In this document: piece by piece, positions 23,742 to 35,570 of the stretch
Numbering within the stretch: position 1 is the stretch's first letter
How the letters are laid out: each line of letters starts with the position of its first letter
Source of the DNA: Somniosus microcephalus
Lineage: Eukaryota
Assembly: GCA_052327205.1 (NCBI GenBank)
Contig: JBMRGM010000036.1
Span: 85,374,001-85,438,000 of the forward strand
Length of the DNA stretch: 64,000 nt
Direction: 5' to 3'
Position numbers and translations under genes: made by a program
The notes under the pieces: model-generated
The model's input: the letters and a program-made list of their open reading frames with translations, nothing else
What the model was told of the DNA's origin: nothing
Database searches by the model: none

Positions 23742-26700
23742 TCACAGATTCAGTCTCTCTGGAGGCTTCCTGACTCTGTCCAGATAACGCCTCGGTGGTG
23801 TAGTAGTTTTCGGTGGTGTAGTCGGTTCTTCTGGCAAGGTCGATTCTGCTTGAAGGACAGTGTCAGGTTCATCTGATTCCAGTATTACCGGATCGGAGGT
23901 AGATGCTCTGGGTATCTCTGCTTCAACATTAGGCGTATAGAGTTGTGGAGTAGGTTGGCCCTTTGTGGATGACTCTATGATCTGGTCAACATGGCGCCTT
24001 ATTATGCTTTCACCAATGTCCACGGTATACATCAGCGGTCCTAGCCTTTTTCCAATAGTTCCAGGCTGCCATTTCTCGGTACGGTAGTCCCGGGCCAAAA
24101 CTTGTTGACCTATCTGGAAGGTTCTAGTTGGCCTTTCATTCATGCCTTGAAATTGCCGGTTCTCTACGTCCCTTCTGATGTTTGGCTTAATCAAATCCAG
24201 CCGGCATCTTAGTCTTCTATTGAAAAACATCATGGCGGGAGTTTGGTTTGTGACCGCATGTGTTGCATTCCTGTACACCAACAAGAAGTTATCTACCTTA
24301 TGTTGTAGATTTATGTCTTCATTACCCATGGCCTTTATGGCCTTCTTGAAGGTCTGGACAAACCTTTCAGCTAATCCATTGGTGGCGGGATGGTATGGGG
24401 CGGACGTGTAGTGCTTAACCCCATTGCTTTTTAAGAACTTCCTGAATTCTTCGGACACAAATTGCGGTCCATTATCAGAACAGATCTGTTCCGGCAGCCC
24501 ATTCCTGGCAAATATGGTCCTTAATACTGTGATGGTTTTTTCCGTGGTGGTGGAGGACATCTTTATTACATCCGGCCACTTGGAGTGTGCATCCACCGCG
24601 ATTAAAAACATTGAGTCCATAAATGGACCAGCAAAGTCGATATGTACCCTTTGCCGTGGAGATGAGGGCCACTCCCATGGATGCAGAGGAGCTTGTGGTG
24701 GGGCGTTTTGGACCTTCTGGCATCCTAGACAGCTCTTGGTTATTTCTTCGATGTCTCCATCAATACCCGGCCACCACACAAACGCTCTGGCTAGGTTCTT
24801 CATTTTCACTCCACCCAGATGCCCCTCGTGAAGCTCCTTTAGCACTTTATGCTGGAGTTTGGGTGGAATCACCACTCTAGATCCACACATCAAGGTTCCT
24901 CGGCACACTGACAGCTGTTCTCTTCTTTGCGAAAATGCTGGCAACATTGGTTCGCCATGTGCTGGCCATCCCTCCACCGTTAAATCGTAGACTCGTGAGA
25001 GAGTCGGGTCATTTCTTGTTTCCTTTTCGATCATAGAATTTGTTACTGGTAGACATTCCACTATGGTTGAGTGGAACATCTCCACTGGGTCCACTGTAGT
25101 CGCCTCTTCTACCACTGGCAACGGTAGGCGCGATAACCCATCAGCATTTCCATGCTGTTTGGACCTTTTGTATTCGATGTCATATTGGTGTGCCCCTAGT
25201 AAAACGGACCACCTCTGTAGCCTTTGCGCTGTCATAGTGGAAACGGCCTTGTTAGGGTTGAATATGGATACCAACGGCTGGTGGTCTGTCAGCAATGTAA
25301 ACTTCTTGCCCTGCAGGTAATGATTGAATTTCTTTACTCCCCACACAAGGCTGAGAGCCTCCCTATCTATCTGAGCATAATTGCGCTCAGCGGAGGTCAA
25401 TGATCGGGATGCAAATGCGACTGGCCTTTCTGAGCCATTTGGCAACTTGTGTGAGAGTACTGCTCCAATACCATAAGGGGAAGCATCACAAGCTAGACGA
25501 AGAGGTAGCGTTGGATTGAAGTGAGCCAACACTTCCTCAGAGGTGATCAATGCCTTGCTTTTGCGAAAGGCCTTCTTACAGTCCTCACTCCACTTCCATG
25601 GTACTTCTTTCCGCAACAGAGCATTCAGCGGGTGCAGCACCGTGGATAGATTTGGCAGAAACTTATGGTAATAGTTAATCAACCCCAGAAACGACCTCAA
25701 CTGTGATACATTTTCCGGAGCGGGGGCCTTCACGACAGCTTCGATCTTTTCAGGTGACTTGTGCAGCCCCTCTTGGTCAATGACATGACCACAGTACGAG
25801 ATCCGTTTCTGGAAGAACTCACATTTCTGGCGGTTAGCTCGAAGGCCATATTCTTTCAACCTGGTGAGCACCAGTTTCAAATTTGTGAGGTGTTCCTCCT
25901 CGTCCTCTCCCGTAATCAGGATATCGTCCAAGTAACACTGAGTGCTTGGAATACCCTGTAAGACCTGCTCCATGACCCTCTGCCAAATTGCTGGAGCCGA
26001 AGCCACTCCAAAAACCAGTCTATTATATCGATACAAGCCTCTGTGCGTGTTGATTGTGAGATACTGGCGCGACTCTTCCTCGACTTCCATCTGTAAGTAT
26101 GCTTGCGCCAGGTCTATCTTGGTGAAGTGTTTCCCGCCAGACAATGAAGCAAAGATATCCTCAATCCGCGGAAGCGGGTATTGTACCGTGTGAAGCACTG
26201 GATTAACTGTGATCTTGAAGTCTCCGCAGATGCGGACCTTTCCCGGTCCCCCTGGCTTGTTACTCGACGAAGGCTTCATGACGGGAACAATGGGCGTGGC
26301 CCACTCACTCCAGTCCACCTTAGACAGTACCCCTGAACGTTCAAGCTCCTCCAGTTCTGCCTCCACAGCAGGTCGTATCGCGTAAGGTACCGATCTGGCT
26401 TTGAAAAATTTTGGGCTTGCATGTTCTGCAATCTTGATTTTTGCCTTAATTCCTCTCAGTATTCCCAGTCCCTGCTGGAATACCTCTTTAGCCTCGTCCA
26501 ATATTCTGGACAATCGTTCAGGTTTGACATCTTTCTTTCCGGAATCTACCGTCATTGTGTTTAGGGAGTGCCAGTCTATCTTTATTTTCCTGATCCACTC
26601 CCGCCCCAGAAGTGGTGGACCTCCCTCGGGTAGTACATATATGTCCATTCCTTGGTGTTCTTTGCCCTTGTGTCTCACCTTGCCTTTTATCTTCCCGATG

Positions 26701-27710
26701 GGGTATACTTTATGCCCCATGTATGTCTGCAATACTATCTCCGTATCCCGTAGGGGAATATGTTTGAATAACTTTTTGTAATCTTGCTTATTCATGACCG
26801 TCAACGCCGATCCGGTGTCCACTTCCATCTTCACTTGGACTTTTGCAATCTGTAGTGTGACCCAGATAGTTTGTCGGTCAGTTTCCTTACTCACATTGTG
26901 AATCCTCAGACTACCCAGTTCCTTGCTGTTGGAGTCTGAATCCGAATTCTGTTCATCTGAACTCTTCACAGTCACCTTATGTACCTTTCTGTACTTCTTC
27001 TGCGGTGACTTATTGTTGCTGGTCTTCTTTCCTGACCGGCATACTTTAGCAATGTGACCAAGCTTGCCACATTTTCTACATTCCTGGTTTTTAAACCAGC
27101 ATTGGTTCTGGTCGTGTGTTGTCTTCCCACAACGATAACATTTAGTTGTACCCGAAGTCATTTGATCCACGCTGAGTACCGCTGTCTTCAGCTGCATTAC
27201 CACCGTGCCTCTCGCTGCGGCTTCGTGCGATGCTGCAATAAGGACAGCCTTATCAAGTGTAAGATCGTTCTCTTCGAGCAGTCGCTTTTGTGTTTCTTCC
27301 TTCGACATCCCACACACGAACTTGTCTCTCAGTGCCTCTGTCAGATTTTCCCCAAACTGACAGTATTTTGCTAGCCTACGCAGTTCAACCAAGTACTCCG
27401 CGTTGCTTTCCTCTTTTAGTTGCGTTCTCACGTAAAATTTAGATCGTTCCGCTAACATCAGCGGTGTGGGGTTCAAATGATCCTTCAGGACAGCAACAAT
27501 ATTAGCGAAAGGCTGATCCGCCGGTTTAGCTGGTGATAGAAGATGCTTCAATAGCCCGTATGTCTTCGCACCCATTGAGTTTAGTAAGGTTAGAGCTTTA
27601 TCATAATTTGCTATCTTATTGACCTTACAATATATCTCGATGCATTCTACATACGTGGCCCAATCTTCCACATCGGAATCGAAATCGTTGATGTTACCAC
27701 GCTTAGGCAT
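23742..27710 (-). CDS. Gypsy gag-pol polyprotein (Gag with 2 CCHC, protease, RT, RNase H, integrase), about 1322 aa
   Basis: Single uninterrupted ORF from ATG 27710 with CYRCGKTTHDQNQC, CRKCGKLGHIAKVC, VDTGS, YLDD, CDAS, HEGH..C..C and IDF..SDNG..AER. Confidence 0.95.
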   Translation of the reverse strand: MPKRGNINDFDSDVEDWATYVECIEIYCKVNKIANYDKALTLLNSMGAKTYGLLKHLLSPAKPADQPFANIVAVLKDHLNPTPLMLAERSKFYVRTQLKEESNAEYLVELRRLAKYCQFGENLTEALRDKFVCGMSKEETQKRLLEENDLTLDKAVLIAASHEAAARGTVVMQLKTAVLSVDQMTSGTTKCYRCGKTTHDQNQCWFKNQECRKCGKLGHIAKVCRSGKKTSNNKSPQKKYRKVHKVTVKSSDEQNSDSDSNSKELGSLRIHNVSKETDRQTIWVTLQIAKVQVKMEVDTGSALTVMNKQDYKKLFKHIPLRDTEIVLQTYMGHKVYPIGKIKGKVRHKGKEHQGMDIYVLPEGGPPLLGREWIRKIKIDWHSLNTMTVDSGKKDVKPERLSRILDEAKEVFQQGLGILRGIKAKIKIAEHASPKFFKARSVPYAIRPAVEAELEELERSGVLSKVDWSEWATPIVPVMKPSSSNKPGGPGKVRICGDFKITVNPVLHTVQYPLPRIEDIFASLSGGKHFTKIDLAQAYLQMEVEEESRQYLTINTHRGLYRYNRLVFGVASAPAIWQRVMEQVLQGIPSTQCYLDDILITGEDEEEHLTNLKLVLTRLKEYGLRANRQKCEFFQKRISYCGHVIDQEGLHKSPEKIEAVVKAPAPENVSQLRSFLGLINYYHKFLPNLSTVLHPLNALLRKEVPWKWSEDCKKAFRKSKALITSEEVLAHFNPTLPLRLACDASPYGIGAVLSHKLPNGSERPVAFASRSLTSAERNYAQIDREALSLVWGVKKFNHYLQGKKFTLLTDHQPLVSIFNPNKAVSTMTAQRLQRWSVLLGAHQYDIEYKRSKQHGNADGLSRLPLPVVEEATTVDPVEMFHSTIVECLPVTNSMIEKETRNDPTLSRVYDLTVEGWPAHGEPMLPAFSQRREQLSVCRGTLMCGSRVVIPPKLQHKVLKELHEGHLGGVKMKNLARAFVWWPGIDGDIEEITKSCLGCQKVQNAPPQAPLHPWEWPSSPRQRVHIDFAGPFMDSMFLIAVDAHSKWPDVIKMSSTTTEKTITVLRTIFARNGLPEQICSDNGPQFVSEEFRKFLKSNGVKHYTSAPYHPATNGLAERFVQTFKKAIKAMGNEDINLQHKVDNFLLVYRNATHAVTNQTPAMMFFNRRLRCRLDLIKPNIRRDVENRQFQGMNERPTRTFQIGQQVLARDYRTEKWQPGTIGKRLGPLMYTVDIGESIIRRHVDQIIESSTKGQPTPQLYTPNVEAEIPRASTSDPVILESDEPDTVLQAESTLPEEPTTPPKTTTPPRRYLDRVRKPPERLNL

Positions 27711-28581
27711 CTTCACAATCTTTCTGAGAACAACAACGAAATTTTTATTTACTTTTTAACTTTTTTTTTTCAAAAATGGCGGTTTCCCGCGCTTATCTTC
27801 TTCCCCGCCTCCGAGGATGGCGGTTTCCCACGCTTGTCTTCCTCTGGCGGGGGGTAAGCTTTGCCCTCGGGCGACGACCGCTGGCTTTCGGGTTTCGCAG
27901 CCTGCGCGCCGGCTTCAGTTTATTCTGAAGCTCTCCCGCTCGCTCGGGCTCTGTCTCTCCCTCAGCGGCTTTCAATCGCGCCTCCCCAGCCCTCTCGCAG
28001 TCCGGTCCTTTCCTCCCCGGCTGCGGCTGAGTTCTCCGCGGTTTTATTTATTTATTTCTTCCCGCGCCTTACGATCCCGGTCGCAGCGCCTCGCGGCCTC
28101 GGTAGCTGCCCGGCCTTTTTCGCCGGTTGCGGTCGAGCTGTCTCCCGACGCTGTTGCGTCTCCCAGCCCGCTTGTAGCCCGGTCTCTCACACCGGCTGCG
28201 TTCCCGCTTATACCGCGGCTTCCGTGCCCTACGCTGCCCCAGTCTCAGCGTCTCTGGCCCCGACTTCTGTCCGGCTCCTTTCCCCCGACCGTGGTTGAGT
28301 TCACCGCCCTTATCCTCCGTTTCTTTTTATTTTCCCCCTACTCACAGTCAACGTGGCCGACTTGCTTCTCGTGGCTGATCGGCTCACTCACCACCGTGGC
28401 AGAAGGGACGATCACTGCCTGTTGCTGATGGAAGGCTTCGTGTCTGAATTCTTCCTTCTTCCTTGCTCTGCAGACTCGAGTCTTCTCTCAGCAGAACGAC
28501 GAGGGCGGATGCCTCTTCTCGACGCTCGTTAACTGCTTCGGATGTATCGCTGCCGCAGGGTAAGATCGAACTCGTCGCCAC

Positions 28582-28804
28582 TGTAAAGTCTGTGTGTTAT
28601 ATGGCGAATTAATACACAGACTACAAGTGTAACTTTAACAGGACTTTACTATTCGAAGGTCAGGGCGAATCTGCCCAATAAATCCTTACACAGCACTTAT
28701 ATACCGGTGTGGTCACCACCGGTATTACAGTATACAGTAGCCAAGATAAAGTAGTGCAACCCTTAAAATAGTTCTCTTAAAGGTGGAACGTTACATACAC
28801 TACA
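28582..28804 (-). repeat. 5' LTR of Gypsy element 2
   Basis: Adjacent to the PBS; TATATAA on the minus strand. Confidence 0.95.
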
Positions 28805-29072
28805 GCGCCCCCCTCCTTTCCGCCTGGCGCAACCAACGACAGGTAGACTGGAACCCTTCCCAGTCGCTGTGGGGCTGCTATTTAAAGGGGGCCTCTTTCT
28901 GGCTTTTTCTGTGGTAGACGTTTTTGCATCACTCGTTCTGAGAGAGAGATATTTTGAGAGAGAGAGAGACTTCTGCATTGAGTCAACGCTGTGTGAAGTA
29001 GTTTTGGCTTCTGACCATAACTTTGCAGATACTTTGGGTTTTGACTTTCATTACTTTGATTGCCAAGAGACT

Positions 29073-30233
29073 TTGGGGGCTGCACTAATTGGGGGTGTCA
29101 TCCTGCGCCAGCAGATTCGGAGGCCACAGAGGCGCAGAGAGAGGGTGGCAATCATGGCCAGACGGAGGAGGGCCAACAGGCCTCTGTACAGGAGACCTTA
29201 CCCTCCCTGGGCATTTCGCCAACAATTCTCCTACATTAATATGATGTCTGAGGAGCAGTGTTTGCGAAGGCTGCGCTTCAGCAAGGAGGTGGTCATTGAG
29301 CTCTGCCACCTGCTGCAGCCAGATCTGCAGCCTCAACTGAGGAGCAGGATGTCTCTGTCGGTGGCAGTGAAGATAACAGTGGCTCTCAACTTTTATGCCA
29401 CCGGCTCATTTCAATCAGCTACTGGGGACATCGCCAATATCTCCCAGTTCGCGGTCCATTGCTGTATCTGTCAGGTCACAAATGCCCTCTATAAAAGGAG
29501 ACGAGAGTACATCTCTTTCCACATGACCCCGGCCAAGCAGTATGAACATGCTATGGGCTTTGCGAGGATAGCAGCCTTCCCCATGGTGCAGGGCGCCATT
29601 GTCTGCACGCATGTGGCTTTGCGTGCTCTGCATGAGAATGTAGAGGATTTCCGCAACCGAAAGGCGTTCCATTCCTTAAACATGCAGTTGGTCTGTGACC
29701 ACAGGCAGCTGAAACTCGCTGTCAATGCCTGCTATCCTGACAGCAGCCACGATGCATACATCCTGCGCCAGACTACTGTGGCAGAACTTTTCCAGGCACC
29801 GCATCACCCAGGTGGTTGGCTTCTCGGGGACAAGGGATAGCCACTGTGCACCTGGCTGATGACACCGCTCCGTACGCCCAACACCCCTGCTGAGCTGCGG
29901 TACAACGAGAGCCATTAAGCTACCAGGAACATCGTTAAGCACACAATCGGCGTGCTCAAGCAACGGTTCCGCTGTCTGGACCATTCTGGAGGAGCCCTGC
30001 AGTACTCGCCTGAGCGAGTCTCCCACTTTGTTGTTGTGTGCTGCATGCTGCATAACCTGGCAATCCTCAGGACCCAGCTAATGCCACCAGGCCTTGGAGC
30101 ACCACCAGAGGAGGAGGAAGAGGAGGATGAAGAGGAGGAGGATGATCATCAGCAGCACCAAGGCGGGAGGGAGGCCCACAATGTAGAAACTGGAAGGGCC
30201 GTCCGTCAACGGCTGATAGCAAGCCGCTTCTAG
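29073..30233 (+). pseudogene. Harbinger (HARBI1-like DDE) transposase pseudogene
   Basis: CLRRLRF, ALNFYATG, GAIVCTH (first catalytic D changed to V), SHDA, GDKG*P, LKQRFRCL, CCMLHN; stops at 29838 and 29916; start position inferred. Confidence 0.9.
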
Positions 30234-30544
30234 GCCCCTGCTGAGGAAATGGCTTCTGCCTTTGAGAACAACATGAATGAAACCAACCCGCAACCCCTAA
30301 GCCGGCCAAGGCAGCAATGATTGCAAAGACCAAACATGTACATTTTGAATACAAAAACGTATTTATTTTACAAACTCTGTGTGTGTCATTTCCTCATGAC
30401 AAATTAATAGAAAGAAACACAAAAAAACAGTCATTAACATAACTGGTTCTCACAACCTGGAGATAATGTCCAAAACACTAAACAAAAGTTTGACCACGAA
30501 CCTCGACCTTTAATAAAAAAATGAACAACATTTTGTCACACCTC

Positions 30545-32416
30545 CTACTTTTTGCCCTTCGAGGGTGATCTCCTTCCCCTGCGCACTTCCCCCCTTCCCA
30601 CCCTACTGCTCCTCCGTAATGGGACCCCAGTGGCTGCAGCAAGGCTGCTGGAAGGCTGCTGAATGTCAGAACCTGGGACTGCAGATGCCCTTGAAGGACG
30701 GCCTCGACCAGCTCTGGGCCTGGATGGCCCGCCTGCAGACTGCACCAACTCTGCATGGGCGGCAGCAGTCTGTCCTACAGGCGGTGGCAAGTGCAGTGGA
30801 GAAGTGACAGTGGTGGCAGCAGGAATGCTGTCATCTTGAGAGAGGACAGCAACTCCCTGCTCGACCGACACACTGGCACTCCCACAGGGCAGCACTTCAG
30901 CATCCGGAGCAATCTGCTGGAGCACAGATTGCTGGCCTGCTGCGGCTTGGTGAGAGCCCCGGGGAAATGTGTCCGAACCAGCGAGGATGGCAGCAGTCAG
31001 TGCTCTCGTGGCCTCAATCTGAGTCTGCATGAGAGCAGTCAGAGGTGCGATCATGGCAGCTAGTGACTGAATTACAGCACTAAACATTTGCGTGGCATCC
31101 GCCTGTGCTACAGCGAAGTGCTCCACACTCCTTGCCAGTGATTCAATGTATTCGGGCACCTTTCCCACTGCACCCATGAGCTCAGTGCACATGTCCACTG
31201 CCTGGGTGTTCATTTCAGCGATCAGCCGCTTCTCCTCTGCGTCCAGTGCAGCAGGACTCACTGGCCAGACTCTCCCTCCGGGGAGAAGGCCCCCGAGCTT
31301 CCCTACCCAAATCACGTTGCTGCAGCCCGCTGGGTCCTGGAGCTTCACCCTCATCAGAGCCTTCCCCCCTGCTCCCCTCCAGGGAAGGCGTGTACCCAGT
31401 GTGGGCATGGGCTTCCTCGGGAGAGGGTGGCGCTGATGCTCCGGCTTCATCTTCCTCCTCGTCTGCAGCTTCACTCCCACTGGCAGCTTGAGGGCCTGTC
31501 TCCTCAGCTGGTGAATCACCATCTGAAAGCAGGGAGGTACAAGAGTGGCTTTAGCGTGAGGTCAGGGTGGCAGTAAGGGAGGAATGAGTGCAGCGATTTA
31601 GTAAGTTGGATTGAAAGTGTCAAAGGCTGGGGTTCTGAGGAACAAGTGGAAGGAGAGATGACAAAAAGGTGATGACCATACCACTGCTGTCCAGAACGGG
31701 GTCGGCCTCTCCAGTGGCGACGGGACCGATCATCCGCCTTGCCACAATCCTGTGGACGCGCTCCTCAAGATCGCTGAGGGGTTGCAGCTGAGGCCGCCCT
31801 CCACCCGTCTGTTGCTGCTGTCTCCTATTATGAGATAGCTTGGCCTGCAAGAAAAAGGACGGCGTCTGAGTAAATATACAGCCATGGTCTTGCCTGATGT
31901 GCCTCCCATAGGTGAATAGCCCTTACTGTATGCAGCCATGGTCTTGCCTGATGTGCCTCCCATAGTTGAATAGCCCTTACTGTATGCAGCCATGGTCTTG
32001 CCTGATGTGCCTCCCATAGGTGACTAGCCCTTACTGTATGCAAAGTGTGGAATGTGCGTGTGTGTTTCATGAGAGGGCCATAGGTGTTGGATGAGTGTTG
32101 GGCATTGGGGTTTTAAGACCCTCTGGCCATAGAGTGAGGTTGAGATGGAGGGATGGAAAGGTATTGAAAAAAAGCCACTCACCCTGACGACCCGAGTGAG
32201 GTCGAACTTTTTTCTACATTGTATGTGGGTCCTGGGCACCATGCTCCTGGAGGAGACGCTCTGTGTCACCTCCCTCCACACTCTTCTGTAATCGCGCGGC
32301 AAAGGCCTCCTGCCCCTCTCTGGGTACAGTATTGATCTTCTGCGCTGCACCGCGCCAACCAGAGCCTCCAAGGCCCGCTCACTGAAGCGCTGTGCTCGCT
32401 CCCTGGCCCTCTCCAT
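30545..32416 (-). pseudogene. Harbinger Myb/SANT-like DNA-binding gene (exons 32416-32183, 31844-31682, 31522-30545)
   Basis: RFSERALEALV...VWREV...QCRKKF trihelix motif; GT-AG sites with compatible phases; one frameshift near 31250. Confidence 0.8.
31879..32042. repeat. 54-bp tandem repeat, 3 copies, in intron 1 of the Myb-like gene
   Basis: agccatggtcttgcctgatgtgcctcccatag.tgaatagcccttactgtatgc. Confidence 0.9.
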
Positions 32417-33299
32417 AGTCCTTGGCTGCAAGATTTAGGCACAGGCCTCTCCAGGCCGAGATTCAAGGCTCCAATGAGTAGGGTGTGGCTGGAGAGCAAG
32501 ATCGACCCTCCCCTTTAAGAATTGTCCGGCGCCAGTGTGTCTGTGTTCCATGGCTAACTGACAGCACCTGCGCTGCGCCCGCGCTCTGAGGTAGCGCCTC
32601 GCTCCTCGGCCTTTGCGCCTTAAGAGAGGTGTGTAGCGCCTGATTTAGTGCTCCAATCACCTCCAGGGGCGATAAAAGCCAAGTTTGCTGTCGGAGGCGA
32701 TAATTAACGCCAGGCGCTAAACTTTGCGCACGGCCGATAATTGCGCCCCAAACGGTGCGATACTGAATTTTCCCCCCTATATGTTTCAATAAGATTGCCT
32801 CTCATTCTTCTAAATTCCAATGAGTATAGGCCCAACCTGCTCAACCTTTCCTCATAAGTCAATACCTCATAAGGTACGGTTCCATGGGTATCAGCAACCA
32901 TCCTGCAAATCACTCAACTGCCCATCTTACAGGCCTGATCGTAGGCAGTGATTGCCGGCAAGTTATTTGCCTGTGGAAAGCATCACAGCCAAAGCCAATC
33001 CCGCCTTCACCCAAAGCCCACACGTGCAGTTGCCATCAGGCGTCGCTGGTTAACTCTTGGGAGCTGGAGTGCTGACTGATTTTACCCCCTCACAACGATC
33101 AAGGGCACTGAGGCCAATTACATGCTGGCCTGACTGAGATCCGCTGACTGAATGCAGTCCAGGAATTGAGCCGGGAACCTGCTAACGTCCAGGTCTCAGT
33201 GCAACACCACACGGCTTAAAACATTAACTATATGAAGTAACAACAGAAAGTGCTGGGAGCACTCAGCAGGCCAGGCAGCATCCGTGGAGAGAGAAACAG

Positions 33300-33336
33300 A
33301 GTGAACGTTTCAGGTCTGTGACCCTTCGTCAGAACT
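33300..33336 (-). ncRNA. Minimal type I hammerhead ribozyme motif
   Basis: AGTT-CTGACGA-AGGGTCACAGACCT-GAAACGTT-CACT on the minus strand; one stem I mismatch. Confidence 0.7.
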
Positions 33337-33537
33337 GGAAAAGGTTAGAGATGAAACAGATTTTGAGCAGGTGCAGAGGCAGGGAAAGGGGGAGGGGAGG
33401 GGAGGAAGGAACTGAAGGAACATTCGGTGCTAGTGTAGGAGGCAGGAGAGATTAAATGTTGCAAATGGGGAGGGCAGAATCATAAACAGCCTGAAAAATG
33501 AGGGCAGGGATTATGGTCTGAAATTGTTGAACTCAAT

Positions 33538-34249
33538 GGCCTAGAAATTGGGTTGGGGCGCCAAAGTGGCGCAAAAGTCGCCTGAGCGCAGGATTTAGCG
33601 CAGCGATCGGAGTGATACCGATCGCCAGAAATTCAGTTTCAGTGCCCCTCGAGGGAGACGGGGCGAGGCTCGAGGCGCTTCGCGTCCCTCTTAGGGCGCT
33701 GAAACTGATTAGCGCAGCGCAACGTGCCGCAGCGCCACATGCTGCGGCACGGCACGCTGCGGTACTGCAGGCCTTCCTCCCATTGTTAAGGGGGAGGGGC
33801 CTGCAACAGCGCGAGCCCCGATCGCGAGTGCCGGCAAATGAGCCCGGCACCAAGGAGAAGTGCCGGGCTCTCGGGAAACAGCCGGCAATGCCGCGGGGGG
33901 CGGGGGGTTAGGAGGCCGGGGACGGAGGTGCTGGCAGGCGGCCGGCGAAAAAGCGGCCGCCCCGCACCTCCACCTTAACTTGCGCCGCTGCCGGCACAGT
34001 AAGGCCCCGTGAACCGGGCGTGGGTAGCGAGCGGCGCAACTGCAGCGTTCGCTACCAAATATCGCGAACGGGGCACGAATGGGGCACTGCGCACACCGAT
34101 GACGTCATCGGTGGCGGCGCAGCGCAAATGCCTAACGCCACCATTAGCGCCCCTACTGAATATCGCCGGAGACGCAGCCAGTGGCGCTACAGCCACTGAC
34201 TGCCTCTTTAGGCGCTAACAGGTGGCGCTACTCACCCAATTTCTCCCCC
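33538..34249. mobile_element. Harbinger-type MITE
   Basis: TIRs GGCCTAGAAATTGGGT / ACCCAATTTCTCCCCC; TSD AAT; removal restores the Penelope sequence ctcaatgtt. Confidence 0.9.
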
Positions 34250-35162
34250 AATGTTAAGTCCAGAAGGCTGTGAAGTGCCTAATAGAAAGATGAGGTGCTG
34301 TTCCTCGAGCTTACGTTGAGCTTCATTGGAACAGTGTAAGAGGCCAAGGACAGAGAGGTCAGAGCGGGAGTGGAGCGGAGAATTAAAGTGATGAGTGACT
34401 GGAAGCTCGGGGTCATAGTGACGATGTGAAGTCACTTTATTCAGTGGGCTATGACTTGAAAAAATACTCCACATACTCTCTTGCATATCCAAAACATTGA
34501 CAGTAATTACGGAGGATAAATTTAAGTTGAGGTTGAAGTTGAGCTGGGACACTCTTGTCGATTAGCGAGCACTCATTGTCGAACCCTTCCCGTTAAATAA
34601 GGAAATAAATGAGAATTCTGCGTGTGGGGTAGGTGGGGCGGGGAGAAGAGATTCTACTCTGTGCGTTTGTTATCTTGCTCGTCAAAATAAAATGTTCTCC
34701 AGGGTTTCTGATTCATTAGCAAACGTTGTTGTCGGTTTTAAACAGCCCATTCGGGAACCCTGGACCGCACAGAAGCATGTTATCAAAGTGACAGACATCA
34801 CACGCTGAAATGAAGCGTGACAACGCGGTCGCAATAATTGGGATGGTCAGCTCTACACGGTAGGGGTGCTCGCACAATTACAACAATGTAATAAGCAGCA
34901 ATTCGGAGTTATAATGATAATATCTGCAAAGGCGGCTCAGGGTAAGTGCACAGCTATCAACTGGCATCAGCCTGTAAGAAAACGATCAGGCAGAAGGAGG
35001 CTTCTGCATCAAATTCTGCGCGTTTCACCTGCGTGGGGAAATTTTTTTTTTAATGCCTTCGGGTCCTTAGCCCCAGTTTTCAGATTTTGCAGCCTGACCC
35101 AGATTTGTAGGCTGCATGGGGGCACAATGACAAACTCTGACAGGAGACACGGAAGGAGAAAA

Positions 35163-35570
35163 TTTCAAAATTCTCATCCTCGTTTTCAAATCTCTCCTCG
35201 CCCCCCCCTCCCTATCTCTGTAATCTCCTTCAGCCCCACAAGCTCCCCCGAGATCTCTGCGCTCCTCTAATTCTGCCCGCTTGAGCATCCCTGATTATAA
35301 TCGCTCAACCTTTGGTGGCCGTGCCTTCTGTTACCTGGGCCCTAAGCTCTGGAATTCCCTCACTAAACCTGTCCACCTCGCTACCTCTCTTTCCTCCTTT
35401 AAGATGCTCCTTAAAACCGACCTCTGTGACCAAGCTTTTGGTCACCTGCCCTAATTTATCCTTATGTGGATCAGTGTCAAATTTTTTGTCTTAAAATACT
35501 CTTGTGAAGCGCCTTGGGACGTTTTACTACGTTAAAGGTGCTATAGAAATACAAGTTGTTGTTGTTGAGA
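35163..35570 (+). mobile_element. L2-like LINE 3' fragment
   Basis: Reverse-orientation copy of the 19812-20235 family; (TTG)n tail. Confidence 0.7.

Larger units (their letters stand above)
23436..28804 (-). mobile_element. Full-length Ty3/Gypsy LTR retrotransposon (Mag-like), structurally intact
   Basis: 223-bp LTRs at 23436-23658 and 28582-28804; TSD GCGCC; PBS TGGCGACGAG (28571-28580); PPT 23659-23671. Confidence 0.97.
23205..32777 (+). mobile_element. Full-length PIF/Harbinger transposon (transposase plus Myb-like gene), inactive, containing a nested Gypsy
   Basis: TIRs GGGGAGAAATTCAGT / ACTGAATTTTCCCCCC; TSD TAT; two convergent genes. Confidence 0.92.
33240..34415 (-). mobile_element. 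Penelope-like element 3' fragment split by a MITE
   Basis: HFNSPLHS..EAQRKLEEQHLIF.LGT.QPSGLNI (GIY-YIG C-terminus); same 3' end as the 60918 copy. Confidence 0.85.

Noticed and set aside
28869-30233. Domesticated HARBI1 gene
   Set aside because: It lies between TIRs with a TSD, has two stops and a mutated catalytic Asp, so it is a dead transposon copy.
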